64,000 bases of DNA from the NCBI RefSeq assembly GCF_009914755.1, contig NC_060928.1; one strand, 5' to 3'. The position numbers and the translations under genes were made by a program. The notes beneath the pieces are model-generated. The model was not told the origin of the DNA. It ran no database searches and was given only the letters and a program-made list of their open reading frames with translations. Positions within the stretch are counted from its first letter, which is position 1. The number at the start of each line of letters is the position of its first letter. Of the stretch, positions 16,584 to 30,212 are shown in pieces. The DNA comes from the human T2T-CHM13v2.0 reference genome, Homo sapiens.

Positions 16584-17497
16584 CTAAAAAAGTTTAAAAT
16601 TTCTCATTAATATTTTGAAAGTCTTTATGCCACTCTTTTACAGAGAAACCCCTCATGCTTTTTATTAACATTGCAGGGGCACAATGAATATTACTAAGGA
16701 ACTATTTTCTGCCCATTTATCAAGGAATATATTCAGCTTTTTAAAAAGTATTTTACAAATGAATCTTTTCACATATGAATATTAAAGACTATCACCATAC
16801 TAGAAAACTATATAGACATATGCCTTAGTATGGTCTGAATTTCCACTAGAAAGTGCCACTACCACTACTTAACATTTACAGAGCACTGAAACAGCTATCA
16901 GCATTTCTCAATGCAACAGGCAATTGTAGAATTTGTAACAGCTTGCGCAATTAACTTCATGCAACATCTGAACTGGTAAGAAATAAGAATAATTCTGGAC
17001 TAGATGCTATTTGTAAAGCATAAGTTGGAATATGGCAACAATACAAAAAAGAAAAACCTAGAATATGTTAATGGATTACAAATATACACATATGTGAATA
17101 TAGTATGAATTATAAATCTAACATTCCTATTGACTAGACTCACATAGCTTCGTTGATGAACTTTTCCTCCCTTCCTGGCTGAAAGGTATGAACAATTCTA
17201 AAACTACGTTTATAACTTGAAAATAGCCAATATGTTGCATACTAGCTTGACTATATACCAAGGGACATCTCGAAGCTCTTGGAGTGCTTTACCTTGAGAG
17301 CAAAATCTCCTTGAGACAGTGTTTTTAAAAACTGATTTATTAAAAATGAGAATTGTTCATCATGCACTAACAAATATATTATTCAAATAGTGGAAAATTA
17401 AAAGCTGTCCATTCATCTGCAGTTATCATATATGGCAGATACCACACCAAATCTAACTTTTTAATTCCACACATAATCAACAATAAATTGAGTTTAC

Positions 17498-17575
17498 CTG
17501 GCCAAGTTCCTCATTCAGATTAGATGTTCGAGCCATAGCAGCAGTGTCTGTGGGTTCATAGTGCATGTCAAGATC
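17498..17575 (-). CDS. ATP8A1: ATP8A1 exon 13 (78 nt): DLDMHYEPTDTAAMARTSNLNEELGQ
   Basis: ttaaag|GATCTTGAC...GGCCAG|gtaaac; phase 0 to 0. Confidence 0.96.
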
Positions 17576-18081
17576 CTTTAATAAAATTAAGTAAATCATT
17601 GAACACAACTGGTAATAAGGAATTGGGTGAAACTTTAAAAGAAAACAATTAGTATATTCGTACTTCAATAAGTCACTGTTTGATGAACTATATGTAGGCA
17701 CTAATTTCCTGTTATTCCTATACCATTTAATTCGATTTTTCTGAAAAGTATTCAATACAGACTACTATATTCCACAGTAAGGGCAGAACAGTATGGTAGT
17801 TAGAGCCTGTCTATGAATCATGCAATCTAGGTTTACTATCATTCCACCATTTTCTATATAAATGACCTATTATAAGGATTAAAAGATACCACACAAAGTG
17901 CTTCCTACTGTGTCCGACACAAGGCAGGTATTTAGTAATGTGAGCTAGAACTCAGCAACTAAGAACTGCTCAAATAATTAGGTCTTCAAACCCCTGGAAA
18001 AAGTACCCAAGAGATTCTATCTGGTTTTACTTTCTGGGCCAAGAAAGAAAAACAAAATGCACTTCTCAAAAGATAAAAATG

Positions 18082-18350
18082 TCACGCCTACAATCCCAGC
18101 ACTTTGGGAGGCCAAGATGGGCGGATCACGAGGTCAGGAAATCGAGACCATCCTGGCTAACACGGTGAAACCCCGTCTCTACTAAAAAAAAATACAAAAA
18201 AATCAGCCGGGAGTGGTGGCAGGCACCTGCAGTCCCAGCTACGGTGGAGGCTGAGGCAGGAGAATGGCGTGAACCCGGGTGGCAAAGCTCGCAGTGAGCC
18301 TAGATCGCGCCACTGCACTCCAGCCTGGGCGACAGAGCAAGACGCCGTCT

Positions 18351-18386
<36 letters not shown>
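18082..18386 (+). mobile_element. AluY, slightly 5'-truncated, with A35 tail
   Basis: Y-diagnostic ATCGAGACCATCCTGGCTAACACGGTGAAA and AGAATGGCGTGAACCCGG; pure poly(A) at 18352-18386. Confidence 0.93.
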
Positions 18387-18390
<4 letters not shown>

Positions 18391-20139
18391 ATAGTTTTTT
18401 ACTTATTTGTACTTGCCTTGTGTCCAGTAATCATGAGACTTGACTATATTATCCTATGAAATTAACATTTTCTATATTAGACTATTTTATTAACAAATCA
18501 GGGTTGTAGTTCACAAATTTTCATGTCAAATGAAAAGGTCAAAATTCAAAGCCCATCTCTCCCATGTCTGTATTCTGAACTGATCAACATCACTTCTGAA
18601 ATAGGTTATTGAGTTTTATGTGCCATGTGTTAAGAGAGAGATTAACCAACTGGGCCTTTGTTCAGAAGAGAAAGTGATCAGAATAGAGATTAATCTGGAA
18701 ATCACATGAACTGAAGGACAACAGAAGGCGGGGAATGTTTAATTAGAAAGGAAAAGATAGGATAGAATTGGCATGATAGCTGAGTTCAGATATTTTGCAA
18801 GACTATCATTCAGAAACAAGATTAAGCATTTTCTTAATAGATCCATTGGGAAGAACCAGAATCAAAGGAAGACAGTTATAATCTCATTTTCACACAAGAA
18901 AGTTGCTTTGTAAAAGAAGGCTGGAAAGTCAGTGTTCTATCTGTCAGATGTTATAAAATCTCTGTATATTAGAAAGGTGGTTGAAAGCATAAGCCTGCTG
19001 GGTTCATCCAATACTAAAATTATATAATTCTTTGAAAGATATTATTTTTGAAAATCAAAACAACAAAGTGATTATCTAGCTTACTTATGTGATTCTCACA
19101 ATGAGTTACCCTATTATTGCTATAAGAAACTTCAATAAGTCTTACTTATATTTGTACATATCCTATTACGTAATTTTTCAGCCATATATCTCCTGCATGA
19201 AGTGAGCTACACCTGCAGCTCATTTTAGATTTCTAAATCACACTGATTTCTTACCAATGAATTAAGAGATTGACAGTTTAGGTAGATAATTCGCTACAAG
19301 AAGATAATGAGCAGTTACAAAAGTATGTCATATTTTTCGAAACCCTAATATTGTTCATATTGAAAGACTTTACAATGATTGAAAAAGAAAGAAACATCAA
19401 AAATAACACAAAGTTTCTCAAAATAAAAGAAAAATTAAATTTTCTGGCAGATTAGGCCCACAGATTTAATTTAGATAAATTCATTAATTTTAACTTTAAT
19501 AAAAATAAAACTAAGACATTTAAAAACATTTAGAAAGTAGATGTCCAACATTTTTCTAATATTTAACAATATTCAAGAGAAAAATTATGAAGAAAAATTC
19601 AAGTGAAGCTAAAATTGTTTACAGTGTAGAAAATAACATGATATAACATGATAATCTGGTTGATATCAGTAAGAATTACAGTATTATTTGTATAGTGATT
19701 GATTATTTTCAAAGCTCTTTGCTATGTCAAGAGATTCCTTAGTCCATAAAACCACTGTAAGATGTAGGTAAGGCATATTATCCCTATGATTGTGTTCAAG
19801 AAAATAAGTTTCAAAATAAGTGACTTGAGAAAGTTGATACACCTAGTAAATTATAATACTAGAACCATAATTCAGACACTTAACTCCAAACTCATGGTTC
19901 TCCATCTCCCACGACCACCATAGGTTTCCTGAACTAGAGACCCATTTTCCCTACAATGTCTGGCCTGTAAACTTGTGTGATTCTGAGATGAGGAACTTTG
20001 CAACAAATTAGGTTCAAAAATCTGATACTGTGGTCAAGAAACGGTAGATATAATTAAAACCTTTTTTCTCCTGAGATATCAAAATATCCTAAGGACAAAA
20101 TTATTTTGTAGGGTGATAACAATCATAATTCATATTTAC

Positions 20140-20267
20140 CCAATTTATGAAGTATGCCTGGGTAAATTTCACAACTTCTAATGTAACCAATAAGCTGATA
20201 GGAATGAGATTGTTGAAAAGGATGATGAAGGTCAAGAAATTCAGTCCAAAATTACTAGCGCCACCAT
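20140..20267 (-). CDS. ATP8A1: ATP8A1 exon 12 (128 nt): [44 protein letters not shown]4 with PISL motif
   Basis: caacag|ATGGTGGC...AATTGG|gtaaat; phase 1 to 0. Confidence 0.97.
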
Positions 20268-21691
20268 CTGTTGGGAGAGGCAGGAAGAACGTCATTTACA
20301 GTTTTATATTTTATTTGCATTGACCCCAAATTAGCATAATACAAGTTTTCCATACTACGCAGCTTATTTGATAATTTGGGAGGAACACTTTGCTGATAAT
20401 CTATCCTAATTCTCAAGTACATCCTTCAAGATAGAATTGCATTGTGTTCAATATGTTGTTAATCCAGGTAAGAGCTGTATAAAAGTACTAAGACAGTGAA
20501 AGGACTGTCAAATATTGCAAACCCTCTTCCAAACACAAAGTTTAGAGACATCAGGGATAGCACTGAGGGTTTATAAATATAAAATCTCAATTGGGTAGAA
20601 TCACTTTTATATAAATTCTTAAGAGTATTTCCAATTTAAAGCATACTTTAAAAGCAAACAAGACAGCAGCAGCAAAAACAATCCAAACTATATGAGTAAT
20701 ATTCAGTCCTAGGTAAATTATTCTCCTAGGTACATTATACTCTTCTTCCTCAAAATGAAAATAAAACTGCTATACCAGATACAATTGTAAAGTATACAAA
20801 GAAACAGACTGATGGTAGTAACAGTTCTGATACTGAAATAATAAATCAGTAACTATAAAAACAACTTGGAATTGCTGCAAAGATAAATCAATATAATAAA
20901 AAAAATTTAAAAATACCAGTTTTTGCTATGTGATTGTACTAGAATTTGCTTTCACACTTTTGGAAGTTAAGTCTTTATTGGCTAAGTACTCATGAAATGA
21001 AAATGTAAACTCATTTGACAGAAATATCCAGGGGTGGTACATTAATATCACAATAATAAAAGGATAAATGCTCTAAAGGAAAACTATTTACTAGCACCTT
21101 CTCTAAGATAACATTTAATATAGGACTTACCACATTACTGAGTTCAAATGAAAATACATTGGGTTTAAACATTTTTAAACCATATAAACCACTTTTTGGT
21201 ACTTTTATTTAAATAAAATATAAACAAAGTATATTTTATTTAAGATAAATATATTTAAATATTTATATTATTTAAATATATTTAAAATATTTTATATATT
21301 TATAAATACATACAATATATATTTAAATATATATGTTTTGTTATATCCACACATGGTCAATCTACTTTCTTTACCATATAGTTAACCACCTATGTTAAAA
21401 ATATTTTTAAGGAATAGTTTTTGTTGATATATATAATAAATGACTATACTTAGTGAACATTTTATACCACTATAGAGTGCTCATTATGTTTTTAAGGATT
21501 CTGAAATTTTAGGATTCCCAAATTTTACTTACACTTGCTAGAAATCTCACTGAAAAATAAAGATCAAATGTCCAGCTATCTTGGCAACAAGGTCTTTTTA
21601 GAAACAATACGAAATAAAGTAAATCAAGATCAATTGTGAAACAAATACATGTCTTAATCTAAAAAAGTGCAGTAAGCACTTTATTGCTTAC

Positions 21692-21857
21692 AGTTTAGAT
21701 TGAGATACCAGTCTTTTCCAGAATGCCTTCGATTCCAAATGGCTGAGCCCACAGAACAGACAAGAGACATGGCAATTAAGATACAAAATAAAATCAAAAT
21801 TTGTACATTTGTAATCCGTTCCACATTTGAGAGCTTAAGTGGTGGACTTGTTGAATT
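21692..21857 (-). CDS. ATP8A1: ATP8A1 exon 11 (166 nt): [55 protein letters not shown](Y), TM3
   Basis: ttacag|AATTCAAC...CTAAACT|gtaagc; phase 0 to 1. Confidence 0.97.
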
Positions 21858-22968
21858 CTGTAAAAAGAAACAAGATGAGTAATAAAAAATGTACACCAAT
21901 GATTTAGCCATCTATACTTAGTATTCTGTTGAGGATGACAAAGTCACAACTCAGTATCTAGATGTGGGTGGATACGTGAAAATTATGTGAAACCCATGAC
22001 AAATGTAATAAGGTGCCAATGGTTAACCACCTTTTTTTCAAGGCCACTACACCACCCAGGCCTTTTTCTAGGAAGTAAACTATAAGAAAGAAGAGAACGA
22101 AATTACATTCCCTTTGCAAAAATAGCTTTTGCATTGTGGCAGGTAAGATGAATAATGCATTACTTGGCTATGTAAGCAAACAGGGTAGTCTAGAAACATT
22201 TAGTGTTTCCGTTCAGGAAGACAGGCAGACAAGGCAGCCCATGCTCCCGCAAACAGGCACCTGGAAATTTGAACATAGGAAGGCAACATTTAAAGGATCT
22301 CCGGCTTTCAAATTTCTGGTGGCATTTAGCAATTGTTTTACTGAACGCAGCAACAATTTAAGTAGTCCTGGCTATAAAGAATAACAGAGGCAAGTTGCCT
22401 CAGTTGTATTTGATGATTCAAATGGTTATGTAGACCTGTGCTAACCAAAAAATCCATAGAACAGAAAATTAAATGTCAGAATGAATATGAAATGAAGATT
22501 TATAGAATTTATAAAATGGCTAGTGGTGGAATCACTAACAGCAATCTCGCTTGCCTATTGATAATACCTTCATGCCTGTACAAGGTACAAAGGTATTAGC
22601 TCTGAGAGCAGATTTTCATTTAGTTTCTTAAAACTGTTTTCCACACCCATCTGACTATTGAATATTGATGGTATAACACAGGGACGGAGCAACTGTAGGC
22701 AGGTGTGAAGATCAATGCAAGAATTAAAGCTGATGGCAAAAATAGCCTTACATATAAATGCTATGAAAAATGGTCATTTGATTCAAATTTCTAAAAAATT
22801 TTATTAAAAGATAGAAATTTAAAAAGTTGACTATTGCATTAAAATTACAAGACAAATGTTTTAATGCAGATCACTTATCATGACATGGACAACTTGTAAT
22901 AATCACTATAATAGTTAGTAAATGCTGCCATAGACCCATACACAAAATTCTTGAGAGTTCATGCATAA

Positions 22969-23321
<353 letters not shown>

Positions 23322-23499
23322 TTATAGGGAGGTAATTTCAAGGTCCCACTCACAGGAGTACCAGATTCTGAACATATAGGGTTGGATCAGGAGTCTGTGA
23401 CAGATGGTCTCCTATGTTTGGGACCACTGCACTGAGATCTGTAAATCATACACTCACAAAAGCCTTAGGTCCAAAAGGTTTCATAGAGAAAAATTTCAC

Positions 23500-23611
23500 C
23501 TGCATCAGCTTGGTGTCATGTCCAGTGTAGACAACTATTCCATGAACCCACTGTGTATTTCTCAACTGAGCTCCTCGAAGAAGAATCTGATCTGCTCCCA
23601 GTGGAACGGTG
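23500..23611 (-). CDS. ATP8A1: ATP8A1 exon 10 (112 nt): [37 protein letters not shown]
   Basis: tcctag|CACCGTT...ATGCAG|gtgaaa; phase 2 to 0. Confidence 0.97.
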
Positions 23612-23837
23612 CTAGGACAGATTACGTTGACATTAGAAACAGTATTTTCTAAAATGCTTAAGAACTCTAGTTACCATATAGTTACAAAAGTACCCATTAT
23701 TAAAATAACCCTTCTCATATTTATTTCTGGAAAGTAATTTCCCCCCAGTACAAATAATTTTCTTAAACAGCAACGACACAAGTATTTACATTGCTTTTCC
23801 TTAACACCAACCAGTCATTTTCTGTAACTTCACTATC

Positions 23838-24202
23838 TGGTATGGACTGCACTCTGTCCCTCCACTATTCACATGTTGAAGTTCTTACCACCAATGTAAT
23901 GGCATTTGGAAATGACCCTTCGGGAGCTAATGTGATTTAGAAGAGGTCATGAGGGTTGGGTCCTCATGAAGGGATTAATGCCCTTATAAAAAGACACTCG
24001 AGGAGTTTACTCTTGTCCTTGTGAGGACACAGCAAGAAGGGGCCTTTTGCCAGCCAGGAAGATGACCCTCACCAGAACCCAATCATGCAGGTACTCTGAT
24101 CTCAGATGTTTAGCCTTTGGAAATGTGAGAAAAATAAATTTCCATCATTAAAGCCACCTAGTCTATGGTGTTTTGTTAGGGCAGCCTGAGCAAGCTAATA
24201 CA
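23838..24202 (+). mobile_element. MaLR solo LTR (MLT1A-like)
   Basis: TGGTATGGACTG...CACATGTTGAAG...AAGCCACCTAGTCTATGG...GCAGCCTGAGCAAGCTAATACA. Confidence 0.8.
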
Positions 24203-24347
24203 TTAACCAAAATAATAGGTAATGTTTTGGAATTCAGAGGCTAATTTACACAACTATTTATAACTTTTCCTAAATAAGTCCATTTAGATTTCTAAAAGTG
24301 TTAGGAAGTGATGGGGATAAGGAATCTGTCTACTCACCTCAGCCTCA

Positions 24348-24404
24348 ACACACACACACACCACACACACCCACCCCCCACACACTCTCTCTCCCCCCCC
24401 ACCC
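24348..24404. repeat. Compound (CA)n/C-rich/(CT)n microsatellite; UG/G-rich in the pre-mRNA
   Basis: acacacacacacaccacacacacccaccccccacacactctctctccccccccaccc. Confidence 0.9.
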
Positions 24405-26189
24405 AAATTAAAAATAGCTTTGTACATAATAAAGGTGCAAAAAAATTCCTAAGATAAATACACAGATCTCACCACTTATTTGCATTGCCAGCCCTGACCC
24501 CCTACAGACAAGTCCCTGTACTTAAAACCTCTAGAACATTCATTTTTATAGTATTTGAAGATTGGTTTCCCAAGAATTGTGAATAAATTTCCAATGAATA
24601 GTAAGCATTTTGGAGCTGTTCATTCCTTATCATTTAAGACACATTTTTCATGAATAAGGTCCCAGTTGGTATTTTTGTGGATTTTTCACAAGGCTACCCA
24701 CTATGGTAGGTTACTGGGTGATACAACTCACACAGGGACATAAGAAGGAACAAAGCCACCACAATACTAGAGTTCTTGAGGAAAATGTAATACATAAATT
24801 TTAATGGGTCATGGATTACTACTACCAAGTCTTCATTTTAATAAGAGAAAAAAGGTCAAATATAAAGAAAAATATATTTAAAAATTCTGGAAAAAGAAGG
24901 AAACAATTCCACAAGAAAAGTCGACAGACAACACAGAACTTCTTTGTAAGTGGAGGCAAAGCGAGGCTGAGGTCTTCATTTCTGGTGAGCTGCTCTGGCC
25001 CAGTAGGCTTGGAAGGCTAGTAGCAGCTTGGGCCTTGGACATTCAGGAACTACACAAATTCTACTGACACAGGTAAAATCAATCCCGATGCGTAGGTAAC
25101 AATTGCACTTGAATGAATCCTTAGGAAATACTGTATTCCAATTTAGAGAAAGAACAAAGCAATTGCAACTCTCATTCTTTATGTACAATAGCATGCCTTT
25201 AGGACCTGTCTGGAAGGAAACCCCTCTGGTATATATCTCAAGATTAAGGGTGCATTTCAGAGTTGAAAGGGGCCTTGGGCCTAAAGTGGGTTTCCAATAA
25301 CTTCTTGGGAAGCTGCACTATGCTCTGGGACACACATGTGACAACTGTTCCTTACCCAGCCAATGGGGTATAATATGGCAACTGTCACCTCAGCAGTGGT
25401 GGTGTGGATTGACCGGAATTAGACACAAACTCTTCAAAAGCAAAACATACCACTTTTCAATTACAAGGACTCAAGAAGAATTAGTTAGTTTTCATCATAG
25501 CTGGTGTTCCAAAGCTTCTGGCATTAGACTATGACCCTCATCCTTAAAAGCAACAAAGTATACTCATTCCAAAGGGTCTCCAAGAGCTTTGGGTAATCAC
25601 TGTAAACCCCAAAAGTGCCACAGATACAAAGGTCTTGAAAATCTATCTTTCACATGAAATACAGCATATTATATAAATTCTCTTTGTACCTTGAATCTTG
25701 GCACCATCATACAAAGTTTCTCCTTCACAGCATAGATTTGCTCAGCAACAATTTGACAGAAAACTGTTAAGACATGGAAGCTGGCCAGTTAGGAATGTCA
25801 GACTATAGAAACAATACTGGTATAAATGGCCAAATCTATCATTAGTCTTTAACCATATGTTCATGGAACGATCACTCTGTGAAAATTTTAGAACAACATA
25901 TAATTACTTCACGGATTACAGGAAAGCTTTTGGAGGATCTGAATGAGGATGACAGTTCAGGGTATACTTCAAATGTCCTTTAGAATTCAAACACTCTAAT
26001 AATGCAATTACAAAATAATGAAAACACCAAAAACATTCTCTCAGGCTGCTGAGTTCAACTAGTATATTTAGCCAACATTTAGTTGGCCACTACAATGCCT
26101 GGGAGATAAGGTATACCATAAAGTAGGGGAAGCAGGGAAAGAAGGGAATGGAGGAGGAGAAAAGAGGGGAGAAGGGAAGCAGGAAAGAC

Positions 26190-27665
26190 TTCACCTTTTC
26201 TGCCAGTTTCTGCCTCATTTCTTTGCTCTCTTTGCAACAAAACTCTTTGAAAAAGAAGTCTATACTTGCTATTTTCAACTCTTCTTCCATTTTCTCAAAC
26301 TCACTATCGTCAGGCACCTGTTCTAATCAATTTCAATGATCTCCACTTGCCAAACGTAAATATGTTAGTGGTCAGTCTCATTGTACTTGACCATCAGCAA
26401 TGTCAGACTCAGTTTTGGTCCCCCTGCTTTGGTACAGTTTCTTCACTCTCTCTTGGTTACCATCCTATAAACTTGGTCTCCATCTCTTTCACTAGTGCCT
26501 TTGCCTTTCCCAACATAACGTTGGAGGGTCTCAGGATAGCTCTTGGGTCTCTTCAGTTTTCTGTCTATACCCTTTCATTCTCAGTTATTTCTTCCATCCT
26601 CATGGCTTTAAATATCTATGCCACTTACTTCCAAACATATCTCATGAACCCAGACTTCTGTCCCAAACTTCAGATATATATTCAACAGCCTCCTGGACAT
26701 CTCTGTTTGGACCAAACTTATAAAGTCCAAAACTGAACTGCTGACCTTTCTTCCTCAAAATCCTCCAGTGAATTCCCATTTCACTCAGAGTAACATCCTC
26801 ACAATGGCCTACAAAGCCCATAGGATCTGGCCCTCTATTTTCTCTAGGCCCTTCTTCTATTACTCTCTTCATTGATCATAGCACTCCAACCACACTGCCC
26901 TAACATTCCACAATTATTCCAGGCACTTTTCCACTTGAAGATCATGTAATGACAGAACTAATAATTTACACTGACTACTCCTTCCATCTGGAATTATCTC
27001 CCTCCAGATATTCAAAAGGCAAATGTCCTCACCTCCCACTCATCATTGCTCAAATGTTACCTTTTCAATGAGGCTAACTGTGACCACCCTAACAAAAAGT
27101 TGTTCCCTTCCAAAGACACCCAATCTTCCTTATTCTGTGCTATTTGTTTTCCCAAAGCATTTATCACTTTCTAACATAGTATAAACTTCTTATTTATCAT
27201 CTTATTGTTTGTATGTTTGCCATTACCTTACTGCAAGAAAGTAAGCTCACAAGGTGCTATGGTCTGAAAGTTTGTGTCTCCCCAAAATTCACATGTTGAA
27301 ACTGAATTCCCAAAGCGGTGTATCAGAAGGTGGGGACTTTGGGAATGGAATTCATGCCCTTACAAAAGAGGTCCGAGAGCCTCCGCCATGTGAAGACACA
27401 TACTAGATGACATCTATGAGAAACAGGCCCCAGCAGACACTGAATCTTCTAGTGCCTTGATTTCGGACTCCCCAGTTTCCAGAACTGTGAGCAATAAATT
27501 ACTGTAATTCATAAATTACCCAGTCTAAGATATTTTGTTACAACAGCCTGAACAGACCAAGGCTTAAGGCCAGGAATATTTATCTGCTTTGTTCACTGTT
27601 GCCTCCTTAACACCTTAACTGGCTTGGCTTACTGGGTGCTTAATATGTACTGGTTGAATGAATGA
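26190..27665 (+). mobile_element. L2 fragment interrupted by a MaLR LTR
   Basis: Pyrimidine-rich L2 3' region ending in ...ggtgcttaatatgtactggttgaatgaatga. Confidence 0.75.
27255..27562 (+). mobile_element. MaLR solo LTR (MST/MLT1A-like)
   Basis: TGCTATGGTCTGAAAGTTTGTGTCTCCCCAAAATTCACATGTTGAA...CCAGAACTGTGAGCAATAAATT...ATAAATTACCCAGTC. Confidence 0.8.
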
Positions 27666-28230
27666 GGGAAGGGGTAGAAGAGAAGAAACAAGAGAGGCAG
27701 GAAGCAGGTAACAAAAAGAGATGAGATGACTATAATTAATACCACAGGCTAGAAAGAACATTTGAAATTTCATGGAGGAGACAATAAATTATCCAGTACA
27801 ATAGACCCCTTGAAGGTAGAGTCTGAACTCCTTGAAGCATCTCAAGATCACAGGAAAGGACCCAGGCCATGCAGATTGAATAGTTAAGCCTATAACACGA
27901 GTATTTGGCCAAAGAATAGAATAAGCCACAGGTAATTCTTACTCCCATTGTTTACCCACGAAACAATGTGCCAGAAGCTGGGAATATCTCTGAAAATATC
28001 CTCCAGCCAGATTGGCAGGAACTCTGGGAAGTCATCAGCTATACTACATGAATGGATAAGATTCAACATCTTCACAGAAGGACTCAGGGCAGAATAAAAA
28101 TGCTTTAAAAAGGGTTTTGAGGACTCAAACTTAGCACACAAGAAGATAATATGTATCCAGACTTAGAAGACACAGCAATACTCTATGACACAGTGGATTC
28201 TGTGTTTTTATAAAGACGGATTTTACATAC

Positions 28231-28358
28231 CCATGTCCATCAAGCCTTATGTTTCCAACAAAATCGTAGAGATGTCTGTTTGGACTTTCACACTCAATTC
28301 TGCCAGAAATCCTCATCAAACTGTCAACGTCTTTGATATCTGATGTTGCTGGTAAGCC
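28231..28358 (-). CDS. ATP8A1: ATP8A1 exon 9 (128 nt): GLPATSDIKDVDSLMRISGRIECESPNRHLYDFVGNIRLDGH(G)
   Basis: aaacag|GGCTTACCA...CATGG|gtatgt; phase 0 to 2. Confidence 0.97.
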
Positions 28359-29150
28359 CTGTTTGGAATTTTTAAATAAGCAAAAAGTATATTAAATAAG
28401 TTGTATCTGGGCAAAGAGGAGGAATTTTGAATTCATCCAAGTCTTAAGATCTAAAAGATCCCATTATTTTTATAAGCAATTCTCCTCTACTCTGTCAAAT
28501 CATAATTAAGAGACACCTTCCTCCCTGACTTGAGCACAGGTTTTTAGCGCAAGAATAGGGCACCTTTATGAGAGTTCTTAAATATATTTAGGAGACTATA
28601 AGCTAGTCTACAAAGATAATTTGAAGTCAGTCCCCAAAGAACCATTTGCTTGTGAAAATAAAAGTAATATTTAGCACTATACAGTCTGAGTCTGTCTTCA
28701 GAATCTAAACAAGATGAAAATGGATGGAATCTGTGTTCAAAGAACATAGCTTTGTTTCTCTTTTTTTATTCCAGAGAAGGGAAACTCCAAAACAGGTTTT
28801 CCCTCTGGCCAACCAGAAGCAGCTGTCACTGAGCAGGGCCCCTCACACAGTGGCAGTCTGGGTCCAGGCCCTCTGTGATGATCTAGTTCCAACACATCCC
28901 AACCCTCCCAAATGTCATTTTCATCATTCATCTAGAAACCAAAGGCATACATTTTTAAAGTCCCTCTTAAAACTTTAAAAACTTTACAGTTATTTTTGCT
29001 TGACACGATATGAAAAGTAAATATAGAAATGTAAACTATTCCCCAAGATGAGTAAGATGAGTGAGAGTTTTTGAATGGCAATAGAAAGTACGGCTTTTTA
29101 AAAAACTTTAATTTTAGGTTCAGGGGTGTACAATGGAGCTTATGTAGTAA

Positions 29151-29790
<640 letters not shown>

Positions 29791-30142
29791 CTTGTACAGC
29801 TTTTTAACATGGCAAAGTCAAATTATAATTTGAACCAGGTGAATAGGAAGAAGTTAAAACATATCAAAGCACTTAGAACTACTATTATCTGAGTGTTAGC
29901 TATTACATAATTAAAAATATTACAAATATATCTATAAGATAGATCATATTTAACCAGACAAATACATCAGAATCTTCCATAATACTTAACAATACCAGTT
30001 TATAAAACCTCTTTGTTGTGGTTCCATGGGAACATATTTGCAATAGGACAGATTAGTTCAAGACAATAACACAAAGAAAGAAGCTCTTAATTCCATGTAA
30101 TAAAATAGCAGTGATTATACATATACTTGTATCAGATCTTAC

Positions 30143-30212
30143 CTGTCTAATTTTCAAGTTTGTTTCACCATCTAAGTTGGATGTTTCAATGTAGCACATG
30201 GCTTGGGGCTCA
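30143..30212 (-). CDS. ATP8A1: ATP8A1 exon 8 (70 nt): [24 protein letters not shown]-domain DGET motif
   Basis: ctacag|TGAGCCC...AGACAG|gtaaga; phase 2 to 0. Confidence 0.97.

Noticed and set aside
25356-25431. 76-nt pseudo-exon (ttttgaag...TGG|gtaagg) in intron 9
   Set aside because: It has a mediocre acceptor, an immediate stop and no associated regulatory signature, so it is at chance level for a long intron.
26266-26736. 156-aa hydrophobic ORF on the plus strand
   Set aside because: It lies inside an L2 remnant, starts with a non-ATG codon and has no recognisable domain.
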